A stretch of 64,000 bases of DNA from Chloropicon primus. Lineage: Eukaryota. Under the pieces are notes generated by a model. The model was not told the origin of the DNA. It did no database searches and saw nothing but the letters and a program-made list of their open reading frames with translations. Location of the stretch: assembly GCA_023205875.1 (NCBI GenBank), contig CP060756.1, positions 682,001-746,000 on the forward strand. Direction: 5' to 3'. Shown here in pieces: positions 52,047-62,583 of this stretch. The translations under genes and the position numbers were made by a program. Numbering within the stretch: position 1 is the stretch's first letter; each line of letters begins with the position of its first letter.

Positions 52047-53795
52047 TCATCGGAAGAGAACTCGGACCGGAATTCCCTCCAAGCCGAAGGAGTTTTGTAT
52101 GGCCCCCACGAGGAACTTTGCCACGGAGTTGGGCACGTTTTCCTTCTTCTTCTTGCTACCGCTGAGGAAGAAGGCGAAAGTCGGCGGCCTCGCTTTCACT
52201 TGGGTGACGTACCTTACGCTGTTCAGGATCGACGTTGGGCCCCCGCCGTGGTGAAAGTGCTTCAAGTCCTGGAGCCAGTCGTTCAAGTGAGAGGTCTGGA
52301 TTCTATCCTGCCACTTGTCGTACGTCTCCGCGACGGCGGGAAACAGGAAGCCCATGCCCAGCCCGGTCTTGGCGGACACTGGGATGCACTTCACGCCCTG
52401 GTAGTTCTGGAGGCCTTCGTTCAGGAACTTGTTCACGATTTCCCTCTCCTCCGGGGACTTTCCGTCCACCAGGTCCATCTTGTTCGCGAGGACGATCAAC
52501 GGCCTCCCGTGCCGCAGAGCGTTCGCAGCAATCGTCGCCTCAAAGTGAGTCAGGTAGGAGGAAAGTGCCGTGCCCCCGGCCAAGAGCTTGGAAACGTCGA
52601 CGAGAAGGACCACTATGTGCGCGAAGTGGACCGCCCTCTCGGCCTCCTCGTTCGCCTGCCCGGCCACCTGGCCTCCGAGATCGTCGTAGTGCTCGAACTT
52701 GCTGCTCCTCACCCTTCCCGCGGTGTCCACCACCGTGAACTGCCTCCCCTCCCAGGCGCAGTCCGCCTCCACCGAGTCCCTGGTGAGACCCGGCTTGGGC
52801 CCCGTCAGCACCCTGTCGAAGCCCAGGATCCTGTTCATCAACGTCGACTTGCCCACGTTGGGCCTGCCCGTGATGGCGACCCGGATGCTCCTCCCGTGCG
52901 TCTCCGCAGCTCCGGCCTCCAGGCTGGCTGGGAAAGAGATGCGGAGAGCGTGGTAGAGGTCCGACATGCCTTCCCCAGTCTCCGCGGAGATGGACACGCC
53001 CTCCCCGAACCCCAAGGAGCACGCCTCAGCATTGGTGGCGTCGATCTCCCCCAAAAAATCCCTCGAGAACAACCCCTCGCACTTGTTCAGGACGACCCTG
53101 ACCCTGCCCTCGCGCATCATCTCCTCAGACGCGTTCCTGCGCAGCCACCTGGCCAGCGCAAAGTCCGGCTCGGAGAGGCCGTGCCGCCCATCGACCACGA
53201 AGAGGGCCACGTGGCTCCTCCGAAGCGTATCCCGGACGATGGACCCCAAGTTGTTCTCCAGGAGGGGCGTGTCTTCCAGCGACTGCCAGAACCTCTCGTC
53301 GTTGTGCCCCGCCGTGTCGAAGACGTGGAACCGCAAGTCTCCGAGGGTTCCCTTGCCCTCGATGACATCCCGGGTCACGTGCCCCCCGGGCGTGTTCATC
53401 GTTATCGCAGTCTTCCTCCCGCTCCCCTTCCTCCCGCTCTTCGTCGTCAGCCTGTTGAACAAGGTCGACTTGCCGACATTGGGCTGGCCCAGCAGAATCA
53501 CCCTCGGCTTCTCCGCTGCCGCTGCAGAGGCCTCTCCCCCATGATCGACCCCCCCGCTCCTCCCCCTCGCCGCCAGCCACCAACCCACCGTCCACTTCTT
53601 ACCGGCAAAACCGCTTCCCGCGGTGGTGGTGGTGGTGGGGATCCCGCTGCCCAGACCGGCAGGCCAAAACGAGGACGCCGCCTGGTGACCACCGCCGAAC
53701 GAGGTCCCGAGAACCGATCTGAGGAGGACCACCCCGCAGCCGCCCGAGGCCATCGAAGACGACCACCACCGCGCCACCCCACGCGTCGTCGCCAT
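52047..53795 (-). CDS. der: Double-GTPase Der/EngA, organelle-targeted
   Basis: Two G domains (GQPNVGKST/DTAG/NKCE and GRPNVGKST/DTAG/NKMD), a KH-like C-terminus YVTQVKARPPTF and an N-terminal presequence. Confidence 0.93.
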   Translation of the reverse strand: MATTRGVARWWSSSMASGGCGVVLLRSVLGTSFGGGHQAASSFWPAGLGSGIPTTTTTAGSGFAGKKWTVGWWLAARGRSGGVDHGGEASAAAAEKPRVILLGQPNVGKSTLFNRLTTKSGRKGSGRKTAITMNTPGGHVTRDVIEGKGTLGDLRFHVFDTAGHNDERFWQSLEDTPLLENNLGSIVRDTLRRSHVALFVVDGRHGLSEPDFALARWLRRNASEEMMREGRVRVVLNKCEGLFSRDFLGEIDATNAEACSLGFGEGVSISAETGEGMSDLYHALRISFPASLEAGAAETHGRSIRVAITGRPNVGKSTLMNRILGFDRVLTGPKPGLTRDSVEADCAWEGRQFTVVDTAGRVRSSKFEHYDDLGGQVAGQANEEAERAVHFAHIVVLLVDVSKLLAGGTALSSYLTHFEATIAANALRHGRPLIVLANKMDLVDGKSPEEREIVNKFLNEGLQNYQGVKCIPVSAKTGLGMGFLFPAVAETYDKWQDRIQTSHLNDWLQDLKHFHHGGGPTSILNSVRYVTQVKARPPTFAFFLSGSKKKKENVPNSVAKFLVGAIQNSFGLEGIPVRVLFR

Positions 53796-54265
53796 CGCAC
53801 CTTTCCCCGCTCTGCCGCGCCCAAAGCGAGGGTTGGCGTCTATCCAAACAACTCGAGGTCACAATGAGTCGTGCGAATGCGGTCACATCAACCGCTTCGA
53901 GGCCCCCCTCGCAAGGTCTCAGAGTCGCCGAACACCTTGGGCCCCCCTGGGTCTGGTGAAGTGAATCCTCTAATGCAGTGATGTGACCGAAGATTCCCAG
54001 CCACTCCGTGCGTCAAACCGTTCAAGCGAGGGGTCAAACGAAAGATCTCGAGCTGAATTTTCGCCCAGTTTGGTGCGTTCACGCGGCGTCCCTTCCCTCC
54101 CGCGACCTCACGTCCCCTCTTGCGCGCGCGCCCTTTGGTCGAAAAGTGTTTCCGCTGCTGCTGGCTGCAGAGAGAGATCCAAAATAAATGTCAAATTCAA
54201 ATCGAGAGAGAGACAGCCGTTACAGGAGGGGCCAGGCGAGAAACGAAACGCGCGCGCGAAGACGA

Positions 54266-54298
<33 letters not shown>

Positions 54299-54304
54299 GA
54301 AGGG

Positions 54305-55561
54305 ATGATGGCGACGCAAAAGGACGAGAGGACGCCGCTCCGCGCGATCCAGCCGGAGATTGTGCACGGGCAGGAGGACAAGGTCGAGGGGTTGGTGTTT
54401 GAGGAGAAGCTTACGGAGTTTGGTGGTGGGTCGTTAGACGAGGACGAGGTGGACGAGAACGAGGCGCCCCTGCAGGCCGGTCCCGAGATTCAGCTCTCCG
54501 CGTCCCCCAAGAGGACGGGGATGGCGATGTCGAGGGCGACGGCGAGGAGGCCGAGGAACACCGCAGCCGTGAGGAGGAGCCTCCTCCTGAGGACCTCCAT
54601 GAGGGCTTCCATGTCTGCAGCGGGGGGAGCCCCGGGAGCAGGCGAGCAGTTCCAGAGGGAGGTGTTCGACGTCCACAGCGAGATCGACAAGCTTCTGGGC
54701 GGGCTCAAGGGGGAGCTGGAGGAGTGGAGGTCGGACTTCCAGTCCCTCCAGGTCTGGTTTTTCAGCCAAGTCATGTGCGTGGAGTACCCTGAGGGCGGGG
54801 CGGGGTTGAGGAGCCTGTCGGAGTTCCAAGCCCTGCTGCAGAGGTTTTTGGACGAGAACGAGTTTGACCTGCAGGATCTCGAGGCGAGGCTCAAGTCGAG
54901 CGAGGAGGATCGCGCGGAGCTCCAAGACCTCCTTCAGGAGGGGTCCGCCGCGGTGAACGACCTCGAGGCGGAGCTGGAGGCCGAGAGGAAGGAGAAGAAG
55001 GAGTTCGGGAAGAAGGTCAAGGAAGCTGAGAGGGAGAAGAAGTGGCACAGCGAGGAGCTCCAGAAGATAGCCGAGGAGCTCAAAGAGGCGCAGAACGAGC
55101 TGGGTGCCAAGGAGAAGGAACTCGAGAGGGAGAAGCAGCTGGAGAGGGAGAAGAGAGGGTTCGAAGAGGAGAAAGTGGAGAGGGACAGGAAGAAGGCCGA
55201 GCACGAAAAGAAGAGGCTCGAGGAGGAGCTCGAGAGGGCGGGGCACGAGAAGGAGACTCTGAGGAAGGCCGCGGAGAAGGAAGCGGAAATGTACGAGCAG
55301 CAAATCCAGCAAGTGCGAAAAGAATTCTCCGGCATCAGCGAGAGCAACGCGGAGATCCAGGTGGAAGTCAAGAGACTTTTGCTGGCCTTGGAGGCGCGCA
55401 CGAACGAGCTGGAGGCGGAGAGGGTTGCCCACAAGAAGGCGATGGAGGCGGCGGCCTCGCTGGCAGCCTCGCAGGCCGTCAAGCAGCAGAAAGAGATCGA
55501 CGACCTGAAGAAGGACAAGGATGGATTGAAGGAGAAGGTTCTGGGCTTGTTTGATTTGTAG
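54305..55561 (+). CDS. Long coiled-coil protein of unknown function
   Basis: E/K-rich heptad region over the C-terminal two-thirds, with TGTAA downstream. Confidence 0.75.
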   Translation: MMATQKDERTPLRAIQPEIVHGQEDKVEGLVFEEKLTEFGGGSLDEDEVDENEAPLQAGPEIQLSASPKRTGMAMSRATARRPRNTAAVRRSLLLRTSMRASMSAAGGAPGAGEQFQREVFDVHSEIDKLLGGLKGELEEWRSDFQSLQVWFFSQVMCVEYPEGGAGLRSLSEFQALLQRFLDENEFDLQDLEARLKSSEEDRAELQDLLQEGSAAVNDLEAELEAERKEKKEFGKKVKEAEREKKWHSEELQKIAEELKEAQNELGAKEKELEREKQLEREKRGFEEEKVERDRKKAEHEKKRLEEELERAGHEKETLRKAAEKEAEMYEQQIQQVRKEFSGISESNAEIQVEVKRLLLALEARTNELEAERVAHKKAMEAAASLAASQAVKQQKEIDDLKKDKDGLKEKVLGLFDL

Positions 55562-55659
55562 TTTTCTTTCTTTCATTTGTAAACACGACATTTTCCACAC
55601 ACGCTTCCAACGCAGGCGCAAGACGACCCTTCTTGGACGCCTCCACCCAAGCAGAAACC

Positions 55660-56618
55660 TCAATTCTGCTTCAGTCTGCTTGGACGGGGGGACGAGAGCA
55701 TCGCTGCAATTGCTGGCTGAAGGACGAAGAAGACGAAAAACTGTAGGGCATGCTGCCCGAAATTGGTGACCACGCCTTCCTGCTGAGCGACCATGGGCCC
55801 AAGTGCCAGGACCACCTGACCAGGAAGGCCGTTTACCAGGAAGGCCAACAAAAATTGCTTGCGCGAGAAGGTGAGCCTGCTGATGACCCACAACGAGGCC
55901 GGTGCTGGGAAAGAGAGAGAGGGGGGGAGATCTGGAGTCAGGGTCGCGGGCAGAGGCAGGCGTCGCCGCCCAACTGCGCTCGTCCGGGGCACTTACCATT
56001 GAGCAGGAGAGACTGGCAGAGTCCGGGGTTGTACTCCCAGTGAACAATCCCAGCAATGATGTGAAACAAGGCCGCGTTCACGAACACGAGGATCGCGTTC
56101 ATGAGCACAAGCATCCTCTTTTGGTTCTCGGGGAGGAAGAGCGGCATGAGGAACAGCCCCATCACGGCGTACACATTGATGTAGAGTATGGTGCTTTCGT
56201 CGTATCCGCAGTCCCCAGCAACCTCCACGCGAGGGGAAGTAGACTCGAGGATCACGTCGCACCCCAAAATCTTTCCAAGGTGTCTGACGAACTCGTACCG
56301 TCGCCCGAAGATGTCGTAGCCGTGCTCCTCGAATTGGTGCGAGCAGTACAGAGACGCGAGGAGCATGGCGAGCCAGTCGCAAAGGCGCGGCCGGGCATCC
56401 GCCAGCAGGAGAGGAACGCTGATCCACCCCAAAACAAAGTGAATGTGCATCCAGTTGGTGCTCATCCACGAAGCGAGATCGGAGAAAGTCTCGGGGAAGA
56501 AACCGCATGCAGCCGTGAGGAAAACCATCGTCCCACCACCACAGACAAGCACCCCTCGCGCTAATGCCATCCCCGTCATCGCTTGTATCCAATTCAAATC
56601 GTATCCGAGGCCCAGCAT
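55660..56618 (-). CDS. HXXEE-domain membrane protein, 2 exons
   Basis: SHQFEEHG motif, INV, NAALFHI...YNPGL. Intron 55905-55996 (GTAAGT...CCCAG) gives LLLN|APASLWV. Confidence 0.82.
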
Positions 56619-57040
56619 CTCCTGGTTCGCCAGGAGTCCCCTCCTCCTGAGGATTTCCTCGCGCGAAAAACCCTAGAAGAAGAAGAAGAAGATAAGGAGT
56701 TGAAAACGCGAGTGAGAAGTAACGCCCGGGTTCGTCGCACGACAAGGGAGAGGGAAGGTGTTTTTGTCGAGGACTTTGTGCACGGACGGGGACGGCGAAG
56801 GGGAGGAGGTGTTGAAAGAACGAAAGCGCGTCTCAAGGGCTTTCGATTGATACCTCGGCTGAAGGTTTTGACGAAGAGGAGTGGCCCTCTCGCTCGCTCG
56901 CTCTCTTTGCTACGACAGGCGTTACAGGAGGAGGTTGCCTCGAAGTTTGTTTTGCGAGTTGTTGGCTCGGTTGTGTGACGAGGAAGAGAAAGGCAAGTCT
57001 TCGTCGAGCTGCGCAGTGTCGTGCGGTGCTTTGTTTCATC

Positions 57041-58522
57041 ATGAGGCGTCCCACGAGACAGAGAAGCTGGACACGCACCAGGTCGACGGCGGCGATGATC
57101 GCGGCGACGGCCGACGACGGTGGTGATGACGACAAGGGAGGGTTGTCCCCAGGTGCCATGGACATGGACGTGGACGGAGAGTGTTTGGCGAGCTTCGTGA
57201 CGGGCTCTACGACGATCATCGAAGAGGAGAGTGACAGTGAGGAGGATAGTGGTGGTGCGGGTTCGTCTTTTCAGCCTGAGCCAGCAGAGGTGACTATGAT
57301 AAGAGGCAACGCACGTCCTATCAAGACTAGGAATGGAAAGAGAACGCTTGTGGCTGCCATCTACCTCGTTCTTCAAGATGCTGCGGGAGGGAGCTTGCGC
57401 GCCAAAGAGATCCATGCACGGATCCAGGCCAAGAAGTTGTATGTGTTTAGGCGTATGGATGGTTCTGTTCATACTGATCTGAAGAGAATGCGGGACGCTG
57501 TCAGCTCTGCTTGTACACAGAGCCCCTTCTTTGTTCGCACTGCATACGGAAGATATGCCATTGCCAAGGAATCCTTGAAGGGGTCCAATACTCAAGATGC
57601 TGCCAAGCCCTCACCGCTTCGGGATGCCATCTATCGCGTTCTTCAAGATGCGGGAGGGAGAGGCTTGCACTACGAAGAGATCTTTGGTCGGATCCGGGCT
57701 AAGAAGTTGTATGTGTTCAAGCGAAAAGATGGTTCTGTTCATACTGATCCGAAGGTAATGCAGAAGAGGGTCGGGACTGCTTGTTTACAGAGCCCCCTCT
57801 TTGTTCGCACTGAACGTGGAAGATATGCCATTGCCAAGGAATCATTGAATGGGTCCAATACTCAAGGTGCTGTCAGCACCTCACCGCTTCGGGATGCCAT
57901 CTATCGCGTTCTTCAAGATGCGGGAGGGAGCTTGCAGGTCAAAGAGATCTTTGCCCGGATCCGGGCGAAGAAGCTACATGTGTTTAGGCGAAAAGATGGT
58001 TCTGTCTGTACTGATCCGAAGAGAATGCGGAAAACTGTCAGATCTGCTTGTGCACAGAGCCCCCGCTTTGTTCGCACTGAACGCGGAATATATGCAATTG
58101 CCAAGGAATACTTGAATCGATCAACCGCCGACAACCTCAATGAGCAGAATTCCAACGCCACCACCATCAACAACAACATGAAGACGACGAGATCTCCTTC
58201 TCCCTCTCCCTATGCTTTGGATTTGAGAGAGGCTCTCGAGTCCGGCCTCATGACGGAGGAGGAGTACGCCGAAGCCATGCAGGAGGCCCAGCGTTATGAC
58301 AGCAAGTCCCTGGAGAAGAAGAGAGAGATCGCGGACTACAACGAGGCGTTGAGGATCATCTTTGCGGACGCATCTCTTAAGCTGAGTGACAAGGAACAAT
58401 GCATTGTGAAGAGAGAGTACCTGGAAGAGGTCGGGCTCTGCAAAGCTCCTCGTCCTCCGTCGTCGAAGAGAACACGAAGCAAGATGGCCCCTTCCATTGT
58501 CAAGGTCAAGCAGGAAGAGTGA
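57041..58522 (+). CDS. Protein with three tandem HARE-HTH-like repeats and a SHOCT-like C-terminal motif
   Basis: Three ~90-aa units such as LRDAIYRVLQDAGG-SL--KEIFARIRAKKLYVF...SAC-QSP-FVRTERGRYAI, then LREALESGLMTEEEY. Confidence 0.7.
   Translation: MRRPTRQRSWTRTRSTAAMIAATADDGGDDDKGGLSPGAMDMDVDGECLASFVTGSTTIIEEESDSEEDSGGAGSSFQPEPAEVTMIRGNARPIKTRNGKRTLVAAIYLVLQDAAGGSLRAKEIHARIQAKKLYVFRRMDGSVHTDLKRMRDAVSSACTQSPFFVRTAYGRYAIAKESLKGSNTQDAAKPSPLRDAIYRVLQDAGGRGLHYEEIFGRIRAKKLYVFKRKDGSVHTDPKVMQKRVGTACLQSPLFVRTERGRYAIAKESLNGSNTQGAVSTSPLRDAIYRVLQDAGGSLQVKEIFARIRAKKLHVFRRKDGSVCTDPKRMRKTVRSACAQSPRFVRTERGIYAIAKEYLNRSTADNLNEQNSNATTINNNMKTTRSPSPSPYALDLREALESGLMTEEEYAEAMQEAQRYDSKSLEKKREIADYNEALRIIFADASLKLSDKEQCIVKREYLEEVGLCKAPRPPSSKRTRSKMAPSIVKVKQEE
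57345..58115 (+). repeat. Intragenic tandem repeat, 270-bp period, three copies
   Basis: TCACCGCTTCGGGATGCCATCTATCGCGTTCTTCAAGATGCGGGAGGGAG recurs at 57611 and 57881, with a more diverged first copy near 57350. Confidence 0.93.
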
Positions 58523-59030
58523 GGAGGGAGAGTTTAGGGTAGAGCAAGCAAGCTGTATAAGCAAAATGTAGTTACACATGTCATCACTCTTCAGTGTCAT
58601 AGCCTTGACAAGTCCTTTCTCATCATCATCATCGACGCCGGCACGAGACCGCCGCGTGCGTTCCAAAGCAAGCAAGCGGAATTGAATTCATTTCTTGACC
58701 CATCGAAAGCAGTGGAGAGCAAGCAAGAGTCCTTCCTTGTATTGTAGTTTCTCTGGCCCCTTCCCTCTTCCCCTCTTCCCCTCGTCCCCTTCATCCATCC
58801 AACTCCATCCTTGTAGCAGGACTCGCCTCCTCCATGAACTGGGCTCTGCAAAACACAAAGATGATTTCGGATAACGCAACACGACGCGGAGAGGGAAGGT
58901 GTTGTTTGTCGAGGTTTGTCTTTGTGCAAGGACGGCGATTCTCTGCGTGTATCCGCGTGGCTGCAGGTGAAGTCCCCTATCTGCTATCGAAGCCTTGTGT
59001 TGTTCCCAGCTATTCTTACATCAGCTCCCT

Positions 59031-59657
59031 TTACACGATGTCGTGCAAGCCTGCCTGAGCCCTCCTCAGCTCCTGCACAAGGACTTCGAGCTTGGCATAC
59101 GACAGGGCAACCGTGGCTTGCTTGCCCCCGCCTCGAGCCCCAGCCCCGGCTCTGGCCCCGAGCTCCAAAACCACAAAGTCGTCCTTGCCCCTTCCTCCCA
59201 AAGCTTCAGGCGACAGGTCCGCGTGAACTTCCTTGCTCTCCACCGCGAGAGGTGGAAGCCTCAGGGTGTTCCTCCACTCCGCTTCCCTGATCTCCGCCCT
59301 CGCCTCGCTGTACGGTCGCACCAGCGCGTCACTCAGCTCCCTCGGCAGACCCAACTGCTGCAACTCTAGGGACAGCGTCGTCCCATCCACGTCGAACTTT
59401 GCCGCGCTCGTTATGACGTGGTGAAGCACCGCAAATATCGCCCCCACGTCCCCATCCGACATCTCTTGCCCCCCCGACCTCACCTTGTCCGCTGCCTGCC
59501 TCACCTCCGAAGCCTCCACCTTCTTCTCCTTGAGGTACATTTGCACAATCCTTTTCGACAACACTCGTATCCTCACCGAGCTCACCTTGGCGATTGTCGC
59601 TATCTCTGCACCCAGCCACTCCGGGCAATCCTCCCCTCCGCAGAACCTGAACTTCAT
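59031..59657 (-). CDS. COMMD4: COMM domain-containing protein 4
   Basis: MKFRFCGGEDCPEWLGAEIATIAKVSSVR and LSLELQQLGLPRE are typical of COMMD4. Confidence 0.88.
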   Translation of the reverse strand: MKFRFCGGEDCPEWLGAEIATIAKVSSVRIRVLSKRIVQMYLKEKKVEASEVRQAADKVRSGGQEMSDGDVGAIFAVLHHVITSAAKFDVDGTTLSLELQQLGLPRELSDALVRPYSEARAEIREAEWRNTLRLPPLAVESKEVHADLSPEALGGRGKDDFVVLELGARAGAGARGGGKQATVALSYAKLEVLVQELRRAQAGLHDIV

Positions 59658-59692
<35 letters not shown>

Positions 59693-59760
59693 GAGCGCCG
59701 ATGCGCTGCCTCGTCTGCTGCTGCTTCCAGCGGCAAGACGATTGCAGAGGATTGCAGAGG

Positions 59761-60924
59761 ATGGAGGAGACTTGTGTGTCGAGGGTGAAGCAGTTTCAGG
59801 TGGATGCGTTTGCCGAGGGAAGGTACGAGGGGAACCCGGCTGCCGTGGTTTTGCTTGGGAGGAGGGAAGGAGCCAAGAGTTTTTGGCCCTCGGACGATGT
59901 TCTCCAGAAAATCGCGGTGGAGAATAACTTGAGCGAGACGGCCTTTGTTATTGAAGATGACAAGAGGGGGGACGACAAAACGGTAACGGGTTACTTTTTG
60001 CTCCGCTGGTTCACGCCGGGGGGGGAGGTGGACCTCTGCGGGCATGCGACCCTGGCCAGTGCGCACGTGGTCTTCAGCCAGCCCGGAATGACGGCCGGTT
60101 CCGTCTGCTTCAAGACAAAGAGCGGAGATCTGGTTGTTGAGAGGTCCTCTGGAGAGGACTCGGTTTACAGAATGCAGTTCCCAGTGGTCTGCACCACCGA
60201 TACGATCGCATCGGACGTGCAAGGCCTCGTCAGGGAGGCATTCTCCTGCGGGGAGGACGTTAAAGTTCTGAGGGGCGGCCCCGATGTCTTGCTGGTCCGG
60301 GAGACCTGGCGACAAATAGAGCAGACGAGACCAGACTTTGGGTGAGTCTTTGAACCAAGATCTCTCGAGGTCAGCGGGCTTGAACTGACACGAATTCCCT
60401 CTCCCTCTCTGTCCCTCTCTCTTCGATGCTTTCCTCGACACAGAAAACTTGACGCGATCCTTCGAAAGGAAGGAATCAGGGGCGCGATCGTGACCGCACC
60501 GGTCTCTCCCTCCGACCCCGTCGAGGGCGAGCGCGACGCGCTGGACTTTGTTTCACGCTTCTTCGCCCCGAACTTGGGAATCAACGAGGACCCTGGTGAG
60601 TGAGCAAAGAGTGCAATGCGCTGACCTCGAACGAGAAGCTGACACATTTTTGCCTTCCCTCTTCACGCGCGCGACACCTCAGTCACCGGTTCGGCGCACT
60701 GCTGCTTGGCTCTGTACTGGGCAAAGGAGAGGAAGCTGGTGCCGGAGGATCTCGGAAGCCTCGCCCCGGGACACGTCTGCGCCAAGTTCAGTGCGAAGCA
60801 GATGTCGCCGAGGGGCGGCTACGTCAAGATCGAGCTCGTCGTGACCCCTTCAGGGAAGCTCGTGACCCACCTTGTCGGCAAAGTCATGAACTTCCTCGAT
60901 GGCGTGATCGACCTCGAGGAATAG
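59761..60924 (+). CDS. PhzF/PBLD-family isomerase, 3 exons
   Basis: QVDAF...GNPAAV, NLSETAF, LRWFTP..EVDLCGHATLA and DFVSRFFAP..GINEDP|VTGSAHC. Introns are 60342-60443 and 60596-60682. Confidence 0.92.
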
Positions 60925-61285
60925 GAGCCTATCCCAGTCTGTTCATCCTAGTCTATTCAGCACAATCCTCGATGGCATTGTATATTATATATTTGGTACC
61001 AGAGTCATCAATCACATCAATCCTCCAGCAGAGCTGCTGCTGCCTGTTATACTTTACCATTGTCACGCATTGGTCCCAGACCTGCTTGGAAGAGTCGTCC
61101 ACTGCTTCTCAGGCAGGTCCTTCTTCCCCTCCCTCTATTCCTCCCCATCGAACATGAAACAGAAACATCCCACCAAACAACTTCCCCGTCGATCGTGTTT
61201 GAGACCCCAAGGTCCTCTCCTCCAGGCTTATCCACTTTTTTTCCCAGCGGCGGGCGGGACTGGAGGAGTGGGTCGAGGACAAGCC

Positions 61286-62428
61286 ATGAGAGGGACAGCC
61301 GTGCGCTCGAGGTCGGGTATGTCGGTGGCGAGGGCCGCCGCGGGGGCAAGCCTCAGGTATGGGAGGACGTGCGTCAGGTCGAGGGTCGGACCGGGGACGT
61401 CCTCCTCGCGAAGGAGGGGCCAGCAGCACCACACCATGACAACATGGACCTTGCCAGCGTCTTCCGAGGCTGGTGGGGACGCACCGACGGCAGAGGCTGG
61501 GGAGGCCAAGGCGGAGGAGGCCAAGGCGGAGGAGGTCGTCGTCGCGGGGGAGGGGGGCCAGCCGGCAGCGGAGGGGGCTGAGGTTGCGGAGAGCGGCTCC
61601 GAGGACGAGCTCGATTGGCTCGCGGAGGGGGAGGAGGAGGAGGAGGCGAACTTGTCCCAAAAGTTCGTGCGGACGATAGTGGAGCCCATCAAGGACCGCC
61701 CGGCCGTCCGCAACGTCCTCGCCCTCGCTTCGATGTACTTCGTGGGCACCTTCCTCTGGTCGACCTTCAAGGTGGTCAGGAAGATGGCGTCCCCGAGGGC
61801 AAAGAAGCGAAGGCAGGTGAACAAAAACTTGACGGTGATTCAGACCCTGAACGACTTCCTCCCCCAGAACAGGGCCGCCCTGAACGCCAAGACCCTGGAG
61901 AAGATTCGCTACACCACGACCTTCTCGTACGACCTCATCTTCAGGAAGTATCTGAGGTACCTGCTGAACGAAAGAAAGTTTGACGCGGAGGCGGTCTCCG
62001 ACCTGCTGCACCTCAAGGCCACGTGCCAGCTGACCGACGACCAGATGAAGGAAGTCATGCGGGAGATTGCTCAGAGGACCTTCAAGAAGTACGGCATTCT
62101 GATGACCGAGACGGCTGGCCTGACGGCGGACGCGGTCATGAAGAAGGCGGCGGAGAGGTCCATATTCTCCAAGCTGCTGTACCTCGCGGAGCTGCCGGAG
62201 CTGGTCACCCAGGAGGCCGACATCACCAACAACCTTTCTTGGCAAATCCAGGAGATCTTCGGTTCCACGAGCGAGGACACCGAGAAGCTGAGGATCACGA
62301 CGCTGAGCGAGCTCGAGGCGGAAGACATGGAGGCACTCTTCGCCCTGGGCGACGCGGACGACGAGGAAGAGGACGTGGAGGAAAGCGGCGAGGAGGCGGC
62401 AGAAGTAAGTGAGCGGTCGGAAAGCTGA
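61286..62428 (+). CDS. Conserved plastid-targeted single-TM protein with a helical (ARM-like) domain
   Basis: Transit peptide, acidic region, TM, then SPRAKKRRQVNKN and FRKYLRYLLNERKFD...LLYLAEL, which resemble a green-lineage conserved protein. Confidence 0.7.
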   Translation: MRGTAVRSRSGMSVARAAAGASLRYGRTCVRSRVGPGTSSSRRRGQQHHTMTTWTLPASSEAGGDAPTAEAGEAKAEEAKAEEVVVAGEGGQPAAEGAEVAESGSEDELDWLAEGEEEEEANLSQKFVRTIVEPIKDRPAVRNVLALASMYFVGTFLWSTFKVVRKMASPRAKKRRQVNKNLTVIQTLNDFLPQNRAALNAKTLEKIRYTTTFSYDLIFRKYLRYLLNERKFDAEAVSDLLHLKATCQLTDDQMKEVMREIAQRTFKKYGILMTETAGLTADAVMKKAAERSIFSKLLYLAELPELVTQEADITNNLSWQIQEIFGSTSEDTEKLRITTLSELEAEDMEALFALGDADDEEEDVEESGEEAAEVSERSES

Positions 62429-62583
62429 AGCTGTTTTGGGGGCGGGCAGCCCGCAGCAATGTGTACATAAATGGGAAGGTTGCGGCAAAAGGGGTGGGTT
62501 TCTATGATCCAACCAAGTAATGATCAATAAAATGTGGGTGTGGGTGGGAAATAATGTGCGCGTGCTTCTCCGTGAAAAAGTCC

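Noticed and set aside
53978..54056. Possible C/D-box snoRNA (GTGATGT...CTGA)
   Set aside because: Box C is imperfect, there is no terminal stem, and I recognise no rRNA-complementary guide.
57345..58115. Regularly spaced repeats as a possible CRISPR array
   Set aside because: The units are contiguous 270-bp in-frame coding repeats with no unique spacers, in a eukaryotic context with no cas genes.
56666..58540. AAACCCTA upstream and TTTAGGG just downstream of the triple-HTH gene, suggesting telomere-capped element ends
   Set aside because: Each is a single 7-8 nt match, expected by chance or as an ordinary telo-box. There are no terminal repeats or target-site duplication.
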